Assembly: GCA_002633005.1 (NCBI GenBank)
Contig: NMRA01000579.1
Coordinates: 124,001 to 188,000 of the forward strand
Length of the DNA stretch: 64,000 nucleotides
DNA from: Phoronis australis
Lineage: Eukaryota; Animalia; Phoronida
Direction of reading: 5' to 3'
Notes under the pieces: generated by a model
What the model saw: the letters and a program-made list of their open reading frames with translations, nothing else
Database searches by the model: none
Told to the model about the DNA's origin: nothing
In this document: piece after piece, positions 50,701 through 62,420 of the stretch
Layout of the letters: every line of letters starts with the position of its first letter
How positions within the stretch are numbered: the stretch's first letter is position 1
Position numbers and translations under genes: made by a program

Positions 50701-53700
50701 GCGCAGCGTCGACGCTGCGATGCAGTATGAACGCTTAACTTCGGTCCAATCGAAGTTATCGCCAGGTGCCACTGTTATCGTCAACAGTTACAGGGTAGTG
50801 CCGTCACTAATAGCTGCTTATATTTTGCTCTAATAATAACCAATCGATTTAAAAATAAGTTTATTGTCACTTAGCACATGTAAATGTTTCCAAATTGAAA
50901 CATTGAAAAACATCGATGAGGACAGCGACACCAACCGCTTACTTCAATGTTCATTAACTACCGAAGCCAGTATGAACGGTCCAGTTAACTGCGCTGTTTA
51001 TGTCGACACTCCACACAGACTGGAGTTAAGTCAATATGAAAGGGCCTAGTGACATCATAATTTTGCTGAAGTATTTTAATTACGTTTCAGAAAGACCAAA
51101 TGTCTGGTTGAAGCTGTTTAAGACACTTTTCAGGAAACAAACATGCATGTACTTTAAAGTCCGGATGATTTTGGACTTTGGCTCAATAATTTACATAAGC
51201 ACTGTTGTTTGTTCAAAGGTTTGTCAACAAATACCAGGCTCTTTCAACCACTTTACCTGTGGCAACTACAATGAGATGAGTAGTTACTTGATGAGAATAT
51301 CATTCACACTGCCATACACTTTAATTAGCATGGTCAAATCCAAGTACATCAGGTTATTACAAGGCCCAAGGGAATACATGCAAAACATCTCTGTCGACAA
51401 GGCTAAATCAGATCAGAACCCTAATCTGAATTGAGCAAATACTACTGACCTTGACAGACAGACTCCTCAAATATTCATAATTTATCCTAGTGTAAAACAC
51501 ATCTCTCAGGAGACATAGCTTTATCAACCAGCCTGTACTCACAGTCTGAGGTATTTCACACCAACGCACATTGAACTAGGCATATCCCACAATGCTCAAC
51601 AAAATCCTGCTAGATCTAGACAATTAACGTTTGAATCCCATGCAGCATAAAAGTCAAAATTGCCAACTAAAACTGCAATACACTTGCGTAGAAACAACTT
51701 TTGATTTTGACCACTCACCGCTATAAAGTTGGACTAAACGGGAAGTGATTTTGGGTTTTCCAAAGATCTCACAAATCGTTATCGCTCAAGACCAAGCTTG
51801 GCCAATAAAACGACACATCATGACGAGTCAGCATGTAGAGACTTGTCTCAAACAGTTCTCTGTCACCTCCTTCCCAACTAAGAAATCGCAACTATTTTGT
51901 TTAATGGACAATTCGGAAACCATTCTATAACATTAAGTGGTCTACATTGAAATTGTTTACGATGGAAGACTACTATTAGTCCCTTTTGATCAAGGTGGTT
52001 TTCGAGACTGGTGGTTTCTTTCTACAGCTAACGAGCTGTTGCTCTCAAGACCATGAGCAAAGTTTCTTCTCAGTTCGTTGTGAAAGCACCGCTTCTTCAT
52101 AGAGACCAAGCATAAACCTAAGCAGGGAGGGGAACCTATAACCAGCCACCAGGCACTGTAGATTTTCAATTCATTTCTACATGGTTTTGAAATCTAATCA
52201 TGTAAATGCTAAGATTACGGTATTAATATTTCCATTCAACTTCATGTAAAGCTGCTGAAATCAGGAGATTGTCCAGCTGTGTCAACAGTAGAGAAGAACT
52301 TCTTTAAACATAGTTCGGCTACAGTTACACATTACTGAAAAATTGATGGAGAAAATATAACAAACTCAGGTTGAAAAACGAGCAATAAGTTCATTTTCAA
52401 CATGCCATAGTAAAACAGACTTGAGGGAGAGTAGGGAGGGGAGGATGGAGGAGAAAGGGCAAGGAGAGGGATGGACGGATGGATGGAGGGGGGAAGGGAC
52501 GGAAGGAGGTAGGTAGGGACGGATGGATGAAGGGGGGAGGGACGGATGGATGGAGAGGGGGAGGGAAGATGGATGGAGAGGGAAGGGACAGGTGGAAGGG
52601 CGAGAGAGTGATGGAGGGAGTGATGGAAGGAGTGATGGGGGTAACAGAAAGGATAGAGGAAGGCAGGAAGGGAGGGACCGGAGGTAAAAAAGAAGGATTC
52701 AGCAACATTAAAAAATATCCTGACCAATACCTCGTCAATGAAAAATCCCATGAACACACCTATCCTCTTTCTGAATACCAGACTTATTTTAACAGTCCAA
52801 CTTCAAGACTTCCTACTTTCCATTCAACATCGATCTCTATTATACAATATTATTTTTCTGTACTGTACACAAAAGCTTTCTAATAACCGTGTTTCAACGT
52901 ACACTGTAATACTCATTGTATATCAGTCATGAACAAAAACAAAAGGTAAAAGCATTCATGTAAGCAAGCCTGTAGCCAGCTTATTACGTGACGTGACGTG
53001 CCGTGCCGTGCCGAGTGTTTGTCATAAAATCTAAAGATACACTGTGCAAATGTCACCCTACTGAACTACTGTGTACAATCAATCACTCCATTCCAGAGGC
53101 AACGTCCCTTATTACATTATCCACCAATATTTTTTTCGACTCTTGCGTGCGATGTCCAACCTCAATGTAGAACCCTGGGCTTTAACCCAAGCAGTTGTTC
53201 AGCTTAAGCAACACCCCCACCCCAATCCTGGGTTTCTCAATTCCATAGCCATGGACAGGCAATAGACCTCAGTCCAGTACAGAACCTATAAGTATCCATT
53301 ATTATGTCTACCAAACTATATATTTTGCTTGTGGGTTGAATAAATATACTCCATCTCCTCTCTGTTGGTGATGTACAAGTATACACCAGATGGCAAAGTC
53401 AATTCCTACTCTCAAATGAATTCTGATGAACACCAGAAGAGGGATCTGAGATAAATAAACAATTTCTCCAACCATTCACAATAAATAATGCAAAGCTTAT
53501 CAGTGTTTTTTTGTCCTCAGAATCTTTTCCTTTGTTCTTTTACATGCATCTGCTGAGAGCTGATGTGGATGCCAGAGATCTAGGCAGACTTTTTTGCGGA
53601 CTCGTTACCAGCAGTCATACTTGGGGAGGATTGTCTTGCAGAACTAGCACAAATTTTGTGAAGAAGCAAGGGTTCTTCGTAGGTCAGGGATCACCTGGCT

Positions 53701-56700
53701 TTATTTCCAATGTAAGCTGTGGTGCACACTGTCCTCCGGCTATCCACTAGTCAACAATAATAGTGAACACTACATTTTATATAGTTAATTTGTAGCTAAG
53801 CTACAACGCAGGGTAAAAACCTTGATTCTTTTGAACAAGATAAGGAACAGTAATCTCGTTCTACTCATCAATGAAGAACGGTTTGACGAAGCACCCAAGT
53901 GCTGTTTTTAAAACCTTTCATCTCACTGGCAGAGCTCAGATAGGTACCCAACCACAATTTTCGAAGGAAAATATCTGCGTTCCAAAAGCCCCTTTACTAT
54001 GGTATGCTGATGATGTTTTCAGGTTGTGTCTGTCAGGGGGGGGGTGGCCCTGGATCCCCTTAAATCATCCTGTGTCCCTAAATCTAAACAGGAACCCTTC
54101 GATTACATTTAATCACACGTTAAATCTAATCCATGGCTGATATGCTAGCTGTCTATTTGCTCCAAACCTGAGATTCAGAAGACAAAGTTCAACCTTTGAC
54201 ACTTCCAAGAACTGTTTGGCCATCGGCTTGAGCAGTGAACAGACAGAACGTCACTGTCAATATGAGGAATTAATAAACGTCTGACTGGATATTTGCCTTT
54301 CTCGTTAACAAAAATGTGCAAACGAAGAATCAAAGTAGGATTTACTGTGCTGATTAGATAAAACCCAGGGTGCCTGAACGGAAAAACTACAAAAATGCTG
54401 TTAGAGCACGTCAACGGTGTAAAAACGATAATGACGTGGTGTGGTTTGACTTCCATTTTTTAATATTTGGATGGTTTATTGTCACAGACAATACGAAGTA
54501 AATGTTTGATGATCAAATCTGGAGGTGATCCAGTAATTTTGTAATTACATTCTATGAATGACATATTCCATGTGAAATATTTCATGAAAATACCACAACA
54601 ACTAATTGTAATTCTTTTACGCATGAAAATGGCACTATAAATTCAGAAATCCTACATAAATCTGATGAAAAGTCATTCTTAATAGGTTGTAAAAGATTGA
54701 TTGGGTGTTTTATGTCAATTCCGTGATGTTGGGCAGAAAATCATGTTATCTGGCGTATCAGAAGATTGGACCAGAATAAGGACGCACAATGAGGGAGCAA
54801 ATTGGCCACAAAAATACCGAAGTGATGTATCCCCAAAATGCAGTTCATAAAATAAGTACGTAACTGTAATTTATCAAGCTTCCTTCTTGTTGCTTTTACT
54901 CGTACTCCCTCGGCCAATTTCATCAAGTCCGTAGGCGACACCATGTAAATTCTGTTGAATCTTCAATTAATCCAGAGTTGAATTACAGGCCCTGTCAGAC
55001 TGACTAAACTCTGGTGTGAGCGGAGCGTCAACTTAAATTGCAAAGTTAACCGAACTGTTCATATCGGCTTCGGTAGTTACTGGACATCGAAGTGAATGGC
55101 ACGTGACGCTGTTGTCATTGAAGTAATCGCAACGTAGCGCTGATGCATCGCGTGCATGCTAAGACTTTTTAATGTGACAATTTGGTGACATTTATATGTG
55201 CTAAATGACATAAAACTTATTTCTAATTCCATCCACCATCCAGGACCAAAGTTAACCTCCATGTTAACACGAAAGGGCCTTATGATACACTAACTCTCTG
55301 CAAGATAAACCAATGAGACATTAATGAAGAACATGTGCAAGACATCAGACTGCATATGCCAATTAAAACTGAACATCCCGGTGCTGCCGCCAGTGACCCC
55401 AATACCACCTCAGATTGTTTGGTGAAATGGGAAAAGATCCCAAGTTGCCAGAAGTTACCACAACGAATATCAAAGTCAAACAACAATTTCCCAAAAATTT
55501 GTTTCAAAGTCCAAACTTTAAATCAGTAACAGTTTTTGTAAATTTAATACTTTTGGTCCATGATTGTTCTGTTTATTTCGTGAAATCAGTGTGTTTGCCA
55601 CTCTCAGCAGTCAGCAAGCACCAAACACACTAATTACAAAAGTAAGTAAACACACGGAAGTTGGAATTGGTCGGAAAAAATTGGGCAAGATTGGGCCATG
55701 AAACATGAACTACCAGTGTATGCGATCACCTGCATTTTTCCTTATCAGGAATTGATTTCGAAATTGACGGGTGCATATTTTTACGGGGAGAAATTGATTG
55801 GTGCATATTTTTACGGGGAGAAATTGACGGGTGCATATTTTTTCGGGGAGAAATTGAACAGGTGTATGCGTAATTTTCAGAGAACATCGTACGGCATGAC
55901 ACCTTTTTTAGTAAACCAGTTCAACATCAGTTTTTGCGACCTCACATTTTGTTTCGTCAACTGGGATTTTCCTCAAATTGCTAAATGTAACTTAAGTGCC
56001 AAGTCAGGTGGTGAGCACTGGACCTGAAAACACAAGACGCACCTCAAGAGCAAGCAAAAGTCGGTGTTGAATTTCCCAAGTGCAACTTACTTTCAAGTCT
56101 ATTTATAGCATGGGGGATTTCCAAAGGGATTCCCTCAATCAGACCTTCATCTAGTAGGCATCCAAATGGACACCCTGACTCAAATTTTGACACCCTGATT
56201 AGCCTTTGACACTCAAGTAATGTAAGCCTGAGACAGCCAGTGCCTCTTTTAACTTGCTTTTCAGAATATCTCGACTTCATTGGCTTATCCATAATAAAAC
56301 AGATTTAAGACAGGACAGTGTTTATTGCAGACTAGTGTCACCACAGAAACACAACACTTTCAACTTTAACACCATCAGATACCCCGAGAAATTGGGATTA
56401 TGCTAATTTTGGACGCCGATGCCCCATTTTTCAACTCCTGCATGAACCTCTGCCCTTACTACATAGGCATGCATATAGTGACCCAGGGGGGGGGGGACAT
56501 GGCTAGTATTAAACTCCAAACTCAACGGGAATTTTGCTTCTACTTAAAGCAAAACCAAGAATTTAAAGGCATTCACTAGTTTGAAACAAACTTGAAAAAA
56601 GTTACGAGCATTCATGTGCTTCTTGTTTCAAAGTCTACAAGCACCACACACATTCTCTCTTAACACTGGATTAAATTTGATTCTTGCAAACAGGAAAGTA

Positions 56701-59700
56701 TTAGTTTATACATTTGTGAAAACAGTATAAAAACACCTATGAATGCTATGACAATCAGTGATGAATTAGACTTCTTAATGACGAGAAACACATGAAATGC
56801 TTAACACAAGAATAAGCCGAATAAGCCAAAGAAGGGGATACGATGATGAACCAAGGTGCTGACAAGTGACAACACTCTTAAAGGATGGCAATTTACAAGC
56901 ATTTTCGTTTCCAAGCACTTGGCGTGCCTTCTCGTTAATTGATTTTCCAGTGAAAGCACCATCATGTAAGTGTTGTCATGGTAAACACACAGAAGAACAC
57001 AGACAATGACATCAATCAACACTGGTATTGGTTCTGAGGTGTTGGATGTTTACAAACTGTTCTCACAACTGTCAAAACATTGAGTTATATGAACACTGCA
57101 CACTATAGAGCTCTTCACACAACACCGGGGACAAGTAAAATTTTGCTCAGTCAAAATTCGCAACCAAAATAAGGATCACAAAAAGCTCAGTTTGTACAGT
57201 GTAGATGTCATAAAATAGCATATGTAGAACTCTTCATTATTTACAGAATCGGCATTTGCAAAACAGGAATTAAGCAGTTGTTTTTTTTTTGTTATCAAAG
57301 CTCACTGTATTCCTCCCTTGTGGACAAAAATGCAATATTATTATCACGCACCGCGATTCTGTTCTCCCCATCACATTCCTCAAAAGTTATACCTACAGTC
57401 CACTTTGAAACCAAAACCGGTATATTTTGTGAATTTTTAGAAACAAGTAGATATATCCGTTACATTGCCAGCTCAAAGCAAGAAATGGCATTGTTACAGG
57501 CAAAATAGGTCGCATCTGGGCACCCTATTAAAATAACAAGTGGAATGTGTATACAGAGTGTGGCACAGCACACTTATGAAAGACGATGGCTAGTTAATAT
57601 TACCAAACAAATTCAAACATCAGCCAATACAAGAACCAACCAATGACAAAAGCAAACATTAGGCAGAAAACCTGGCCAACTCATAAACCAACTCAATTGT
57701 CTACACTACAAAAGCGCCTCATTGACCTAAGGTGGGAAGCTGGTTGATGGGATATTGTGAACATTAAATCATTCCAATACATTAACCAGGGGTCTCAATA
57801 CGTGTAATAAATTACATTTGAATGGCACCACATATGTAACGGAACACTCGATCAGCACACAAGGACTTGGGAACAGATCGGTGTGATTGTTGTACCTTTT
57901 CCATTGCAAGATTATTTCCATTATTAATTAGCTTTTGCTGTTATTTTCTTTCTTTTGAGAAATAAAATATTTACCTTAAAAAATACAGAAATAAATATTT
58001 GGTTTTCTTACTTAGCCGATGGTGGTAAAAAAACCCCAACAGCTTCCAACAGGCATATAACATCTTCTTGAAAGTAACTGTCAATCTGTCATCACATTCC
58101 TAGGCTTTGTTTTAGTTTACAACGAACACCTGAACACCGGTATCCCTGCCTCCCCTCCCGCGGACAACTCTACTTCCCCAAGAGTTACAACTGACCCTCT
58201 GTGACAAATACCTTACACGAAATTGTCAGTTGTTTTCATGCCTAGAGTACAAACCATTTCTAATAAGAATCCTATACAAACCATTTCAAATAATAATCCT
58301 CTAGTACAAACCATTTCTAATAAGAATCCTAGAATACAAACCATTTCTAATAAGAAATCTAGAGTACAAACCAGTTTGAATGAGAATCCTAGAGTACAAA
58401 CAACAAACCATTTCTAATATGAATAAAAACAGGAAGAAATCAGTGCCACCAAGCAAAAGCAGCTTTTCGAGAAAAGGCACGGGTATATTGCCCCATTTAA
58501 TCTTGCACACTATGAGTTGAAGTGAGAAATGAAGCAGTACACAAGCACAACGCAACACTTAGCTGCTGTTAAATTGCAGCCTACGTAAATAACCCCTGCA
58601 TCAACATTGATTTTTAAACACATCCAATCAATAAACCATCTTTGAGATTTAAAAGTCTTAATTAAGATTGGTTTTATATTAATACCTCACAAATTTAAGA
58701 CGCAAAATATGTGACAAACGAAAATTTGTTTTCAATTTTAATAAATTATAGGTTGCACCAAATAAGGACTACGCCACAACTATGTTTTGAAACAGTGAAA
58801 AACATCCTGCAAATGTTATCCGGAGTAAGATATAAGGTGCCCCTATTTTGAGAACCTATTTTATCTAGCTGGTTCTCAAATTACATGCATAGGTACGTTA
58901 GGAATATCAGACTATTGCTGTCAACTGGTCCCAGTAAGCAAAGTTATCTCACTTTTTAGAACTGAACTACCTGTCTGTCAAATGGTCCAGACCAGATGCC
59001 TGCAACTTTCAGTTCCAGCCCAGTTAGGTAATTTCCCAGTGACTAGAGTAATGATCTAAAGGTAATGGTCAGAGAAACCACAATAGTGATTCAGCTGATC
59101 AAACAAACAGCGTTTGCATTGACTGACATGATCACAGCTTACACTCACAGTTTGAAGAAATGTTAACACAAAAAAGATTCAAAGCACATTTCAAAGTACA
59201 TAAAATATGCCAAATTCACTAAAAGAATTTCAAAAAAGTGTCAACACCCTTAAAATTCTTCTTCAGTTAGATTCGCTGCAAGAGCCAGATTCATTCTGTT
59301 GCGAATCTGACTTGATCTAAGAGTAAGCTTTTCAAAAGGTTTCAGATATTGCTGCAACTGATAAAGCAGTATTTCGCCTTATTCACCTGGCTAAAAACAA
59401 AAATCAAATTAAGCCTTTGGCCCCATTAAATCTGTACCATGTTCTTACCGTGATAGGGTTCTATTTTCATTACCAACTCAAGCCACAGGGAATATGCTGG
59501 TGCACGTGTCACATTCGAATTCGCAAATAATTGAGGGTTGGCCAGTGCCAATAAATTCTGAATAGTTTTCTAGTTGCTGATTGTTTTAATGTTTTTGATG
59601 ATAATGGAAATGTAATGCTGTTATGGTAAGGAATATTATGCGACCGACTTTATGAGAGTGAATGGTGCAATTCGATTTTTATCTTTAGCCACCAAAATAG

Positions 59701-62420
59701 GCTTAAAGGAAATTTTTAACTCCACAGATAGAGATCGGATTATATACTCTTAAATCTGCACTTCAAAACCACAGTAAACATTCCCTGGTTTATTCTTATC
59801 TTGTAAAATACTTGTGTGCAAGTGTTGCTGGCTGCATATTTTGCTCTTGTCAACTGTAGACTCATTATATGCTGATACGAACTTTGACCCTAGACTCATG
59901 AGACAGACAGCTGGCCAACAATGCAAACTTGGCCAGCACACATTGCTCAGCTAGACAACAAGTGAAGGGAATGCTGCCAAAGAAAACCATATGGTGCAAG
60001 TCCACTTTTAAGAGCACAAAACTGTAAGCAACAACACTCAAACTTTGGGTGCTCAGCATGTGGAACAACAGACAGCTACACACAGATCCATGTTTAGGGC
60101 CCAGGACCTGATCTCTAGACTCATCTAAGGCTTGAAACTAAACTAATGGTGTGCCATACAATGGGACAATTAATGAGACAAGTTCAGAGTACAGTGATTA
60201 GACACCAGAGCCAGGGTTCAAAACCTCTCTTCTAGAAGTATTTGTTCAGATTCCAAAACAACACCATCATGTTCTCTTATCCTTCATTGTTTTCAAGAAC
60301 TGAAATTGCTTTAAACAGTCCAGAATTCCATAAACAGCCATAGTGGATGGTGGCTGATGTAAACCATCATGACTTGACCAGCAAGATTAAAACACTCAGT
60401 CTAAAGCAAAAACAAACTGTAGTGGAGAAAACTGGTTCTCAAAATTCAGGCATGTTATATCCGACCATCACCATTTTACAACATATAGTAAATAGAACAT
60501 TTTTTACCAGGAAGGGACATCTTATGGACCATTTAGATAATCTTTCGCTCCTTTAAAATTAAAAACTCCATGAAATGAATTTCACTACAAATCAATCTGG
60601 TTTGAATCTTTTTACAAATAATGAACAATCTTTCTACATAAAATCAAATGTTCTCAATATAAGCAAAGTCAAATACACATTATTTTCAAAAAATAATTGT
60701 TTAATTCGTGGTGGCACACCGAGAAAATGGCCGCCACAATTGAACTGCATGAAACGTCACTCTTTATGAATCGCCACTATAAGAGGCAAATGCATGCATG
60801 GCTATAATAGGAACACAAAGTTCATGAGGTAGCGCATGTGCAGCAAGTGTCCTACCAATAGAAATGGCTGTATTCGGGTAGTCACGGAGTACTCTTCATC
60901 ATTTGGAAGTGCGTTCTGTTATATAAATCTATTCAGATGTTAATAAGGGGTCTTTCTTCATTTGCACCACTAAGTGAATATTAAGAGACCCCCAATTACA
61001 AACTCTTCCATTTTAGCGATGCGTATTTACGAGTTTCAACTACGGAAATAAAGGAAAATGCTGACACGTGATTTTAGCTCATTTGAAGCGTATAAAGATG
61101 GAGCATTCATTTGAAACCATGGAGACACCAGCCTGCATCTATGAGCAAAACACTTAGCAAAAACGTGCTAAAAAGTACATTATTTTGAATATAGGTACAT
61201 GAGCCTTGAAATGTGCAATAACACTAAAGTATTTTTCACTGTATTATTAATTAGAACTGTTAATGCTATTCAAACTTGGACATCATGACCATCTTCCAAA
61301 GTCAAGTACGTGCTTATTTGTTGACCATAGCAGCTCTGCGCCATCTTGACTGATGAAAGAACACTACTGCAAGGGCAATTGTGTGTCCAGTCTTTGATGC
61401 CTCATGAAAGTAAATTGAAGGCAATTGACAATATTTTCATTAACCTTAAGCACAACTGAAATTACCTGCATCATGAATCATCACCTACATTAAGCTTTTC
61501 GCATTATAAAGATATCATTTTGTAGACAAAATAGACCTTAAATATTGGTTATGGAGGTGAGAACTATCAAAGAGAAGTCATAAATTACGTCCAAAATTCA
61601 AGAGTCTTTAGGCCAATGATAGAGAGTAGTAGCTCAGCTAATGTGTAAGTTGCTCCTACCACTTGTTTTGTGGACGATTCACTCGAATCCGGGAACAACC
61701 GAGGGCGAGGAGTTCCCATATAGTCCCACAGTACAAGCTATCAAACATGAGGGTCAGAGGGGTTGGCCATAACACAAGACTAGGCAAAAATAACAGGGTC
61801 TGAAATATTGCACCCATTCATTCCCGACTACACAAATATCTTAGACTACTAGTAATCTAATTCAACTACAATGGAGGAAAGGTTACATTAAATTTGACAT
61901 TTTTTTTATTCACAGCAACCTAAATTTGTATACATATTTACTATTACATATTTTTGTATGCATTAACCAAAGTCCATGAAACCAAGCCGAAGGCGTAGTC
62001 GTCACTCCCCCCTCTGACAGTGCACTACTGCTACTGCTAGGCCATGGCCTTGGTTGGGCTTGGTCCTTGCTTACCTGTGACCGGCTTTGTCTAAATGCAT
62101 CCTGCAGTTACAATGCCAGTCTATTATGTATAATATCAAATTTAAGTAATATGTGTCATCAGATTTAAATCTATACAAAATAAATTTAATCCAAATTACC
62201 GCAAGCGAATGAATTTTGAATCATGTCGTTGCTTGTCGCGACTGAATGAATCGCGAATGCGACAGACGACAATCGGCTTTTTTCCACAATATGTTTACGT
62301 CCACTTTCATGTACTGCTTACCTCATATTTTATATGCAGTGGGTCGGAATCATCCAGAAACCTGATTGTCACCGTGTGTTCGTGACTTGCGTCGCTTTTA
62401 GGACTTGATTTTTTAAACAT
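32181..62420 (-). CDS. FRMD5: FERM domain-containing protein 5/3-like (FERM, FERM-adjacent, C-terminal TM)
   Basis: 13 phase-consistent exons: 62322-62420, 48483-48587, 44577-44619, 43028-43106, 41304-41401, 39858-39978, 37710-37950, 36971-37059, 36225-36302, 35600-35668, 34266-34339, 33338-33423, 32181-32732 (1734 nt, 577 aa). Motifs: [73 protein letters not shown], and a TM followed by a FRMD3/5-type tail ([19 protein letters not shown]). May be co-orthologous to FRMD3 and FRMD5. Confidence 0.92.
32999..33127. mobile_element. Small foldback MITE-like element
   Basis: ttccaagaaattgtctt ... aagtcagttttcttggaa inverted arms with internal taagatttgtct repeats. Confidence 0.45.
33338..33423 (-). 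CDS. FRMD5: FRMD5-like exon 12
   Basis: [32 protein letters not shown] bounded and phase-consistent. Confidence 0.8.
34266..34339 (-). CDS. FRMD5: FRMD5-like exon 11
   Basis: [28 protein letters not shown] bounded and phase-consistent. Confidence 0.8.
34400..34503. repeat. 33-bp tandem repeat x3
   Basis: Unit tgtcacttagcgtaagtgattttacatcatgag. Confidence 0.9.
34805..34957. repeat. ~150-bp imperfect inverted repeat (foldback)
   Basis: gggtcaactggctaaggcacctgattggt pairs with accaatcagatgtgttagccaaatgaccc. Outer arms taatggctgcacttgatt / aatcaagagcacccaata. Confidence 0.75.
35600..35668 (-). CDS. FRMD5: FRMD5-like exon 10 (FERM-adjacent)
   Basis: [22 protein letters not shown]. Confidence 0.85.
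36225..36302 (-). CDS. FRMD5: FRMD5-like exon 9 (FERM-adjacent)
   Basis: [25 protein letters not shown]. Confidence 0.88.
36971..37059 (-). CDS. FRMD5: FRMD5-like exon 8
   Basis: [29 protein letters not shown]. Confidence 0.92.
37170..37709 (-). repeat. ~80-bp tandem array derived from the FRMD5 exon 7 3' end and donor
   Basis: Recurrent cagagatcagtttcacatacc units at ~37450, ~37530 and ~37610, with older copies at ~37350, ~37260 and ~37175. Confidence 0.85.
37710..37950 (-). CDS. FRMD5: FRMD5-like exon 7
   Basis: [26 protein letters not shown]...[22 protein letters not shown]|gtaagt. Confidence 0.92.
39730..39772. repeat. (GT)n-rich microsatellite
   Basis: gtgtgtttgtgtgcgtgtgtgtgtttgtgtgtgtg. 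Confidence 0.8.
39858..39978 (-). CDS. FRMD5: FRMD5-like exon 6
   Basis: [39 protein letters not shown]. Confidence 0.92.
41304..41401 (-). CDS. FRMD5: FRMD5-like exon 5
   Basis: [32 protein letters not shown]. Confidence 0.92.
43028..43106 (-). CDS. FRMD5: FRMD5-like exon 4
   Basis: [26 protein letters not shown]. Confidence 0.92.
43126..43274. mobile_element. Short MITE-like element with TAG(C/A)CTAGTTCC inverted termini
   Basis: tagcctagttcc ... ggaactagtcta. Confidence 0.5.
44577..44619 (-). CDS. FRMD5: FRMD5-like exon 3
   Basis: cacag|[14 protein letters not shown]|gtaagt. Confidence 0.9.
46206..46322 (+). repeat. 117-bp dispersed direct repeat, copy 1
   Basis: Near-identical to 47581-47697 (shared core cccatctcagtgacagcacccatcaatcaattcaaggggag). 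Confidence 0.85.
47581..47697 (+). repeat. 117-bp dispersed direct repeat, copy 2
   Basis: Near-identical to 46206-46322. Confidence 0.85.
48483..48587 (-). CDS. FRMD5: FRMD5-like exon 2
   Basis: [35 protein letters not shown]. Confidence 0.92.
50574..51046. mobile_element. Non-autonomous DNA transposon, PIF/Harbinger-like MITE
   Basis: TIRs gggcctttcata / tatgaaagggcc, flanked by TAA and TAG (TWA-like target site). Internal cagtatgaac and gttaac repeats. Confidence 0.65.
52424..52683 (+). repeat. Purine-rich GGA/GGAT/GGGA low-complexity tract
   Basis: About 260 bp that is mostly G/A. It explains the spurious ORFs at 52332-52883. Confidence 0.9.
54988..55279. mobile_element. Second, shorter, inverted copy of the same MITE family
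   Basis: 54988-55120 aligns with the reverse complement of ~50915-51046 (gttcata..ggcttcggtagtta). Ends gaaagggcc then TTA. Confidence 0.6.
55761..55857. repeat. 30-bp tandem repeat x3
   Basis: Unit aaattgacgggtgcatatttttacggggag. Confidence 0.9.
58241..58417. repeat. ~30-bp tandem repeat x5-6
   Basis: Unit cctagagtacaaaccatttctaataagaat. Confidence 0.9.
62322..62420 (-). CDS. FRMD5: FRMD5-like exon 1
   Basis: [33 protein letters not shown]|gtaagc. Confidence 0.85.

Noticed and set aside
52332-52883. Pro/Ser- and Gly-rich ORFs of 120-141 aa
   Set aside because: They arise from the low-complexity purine tract.
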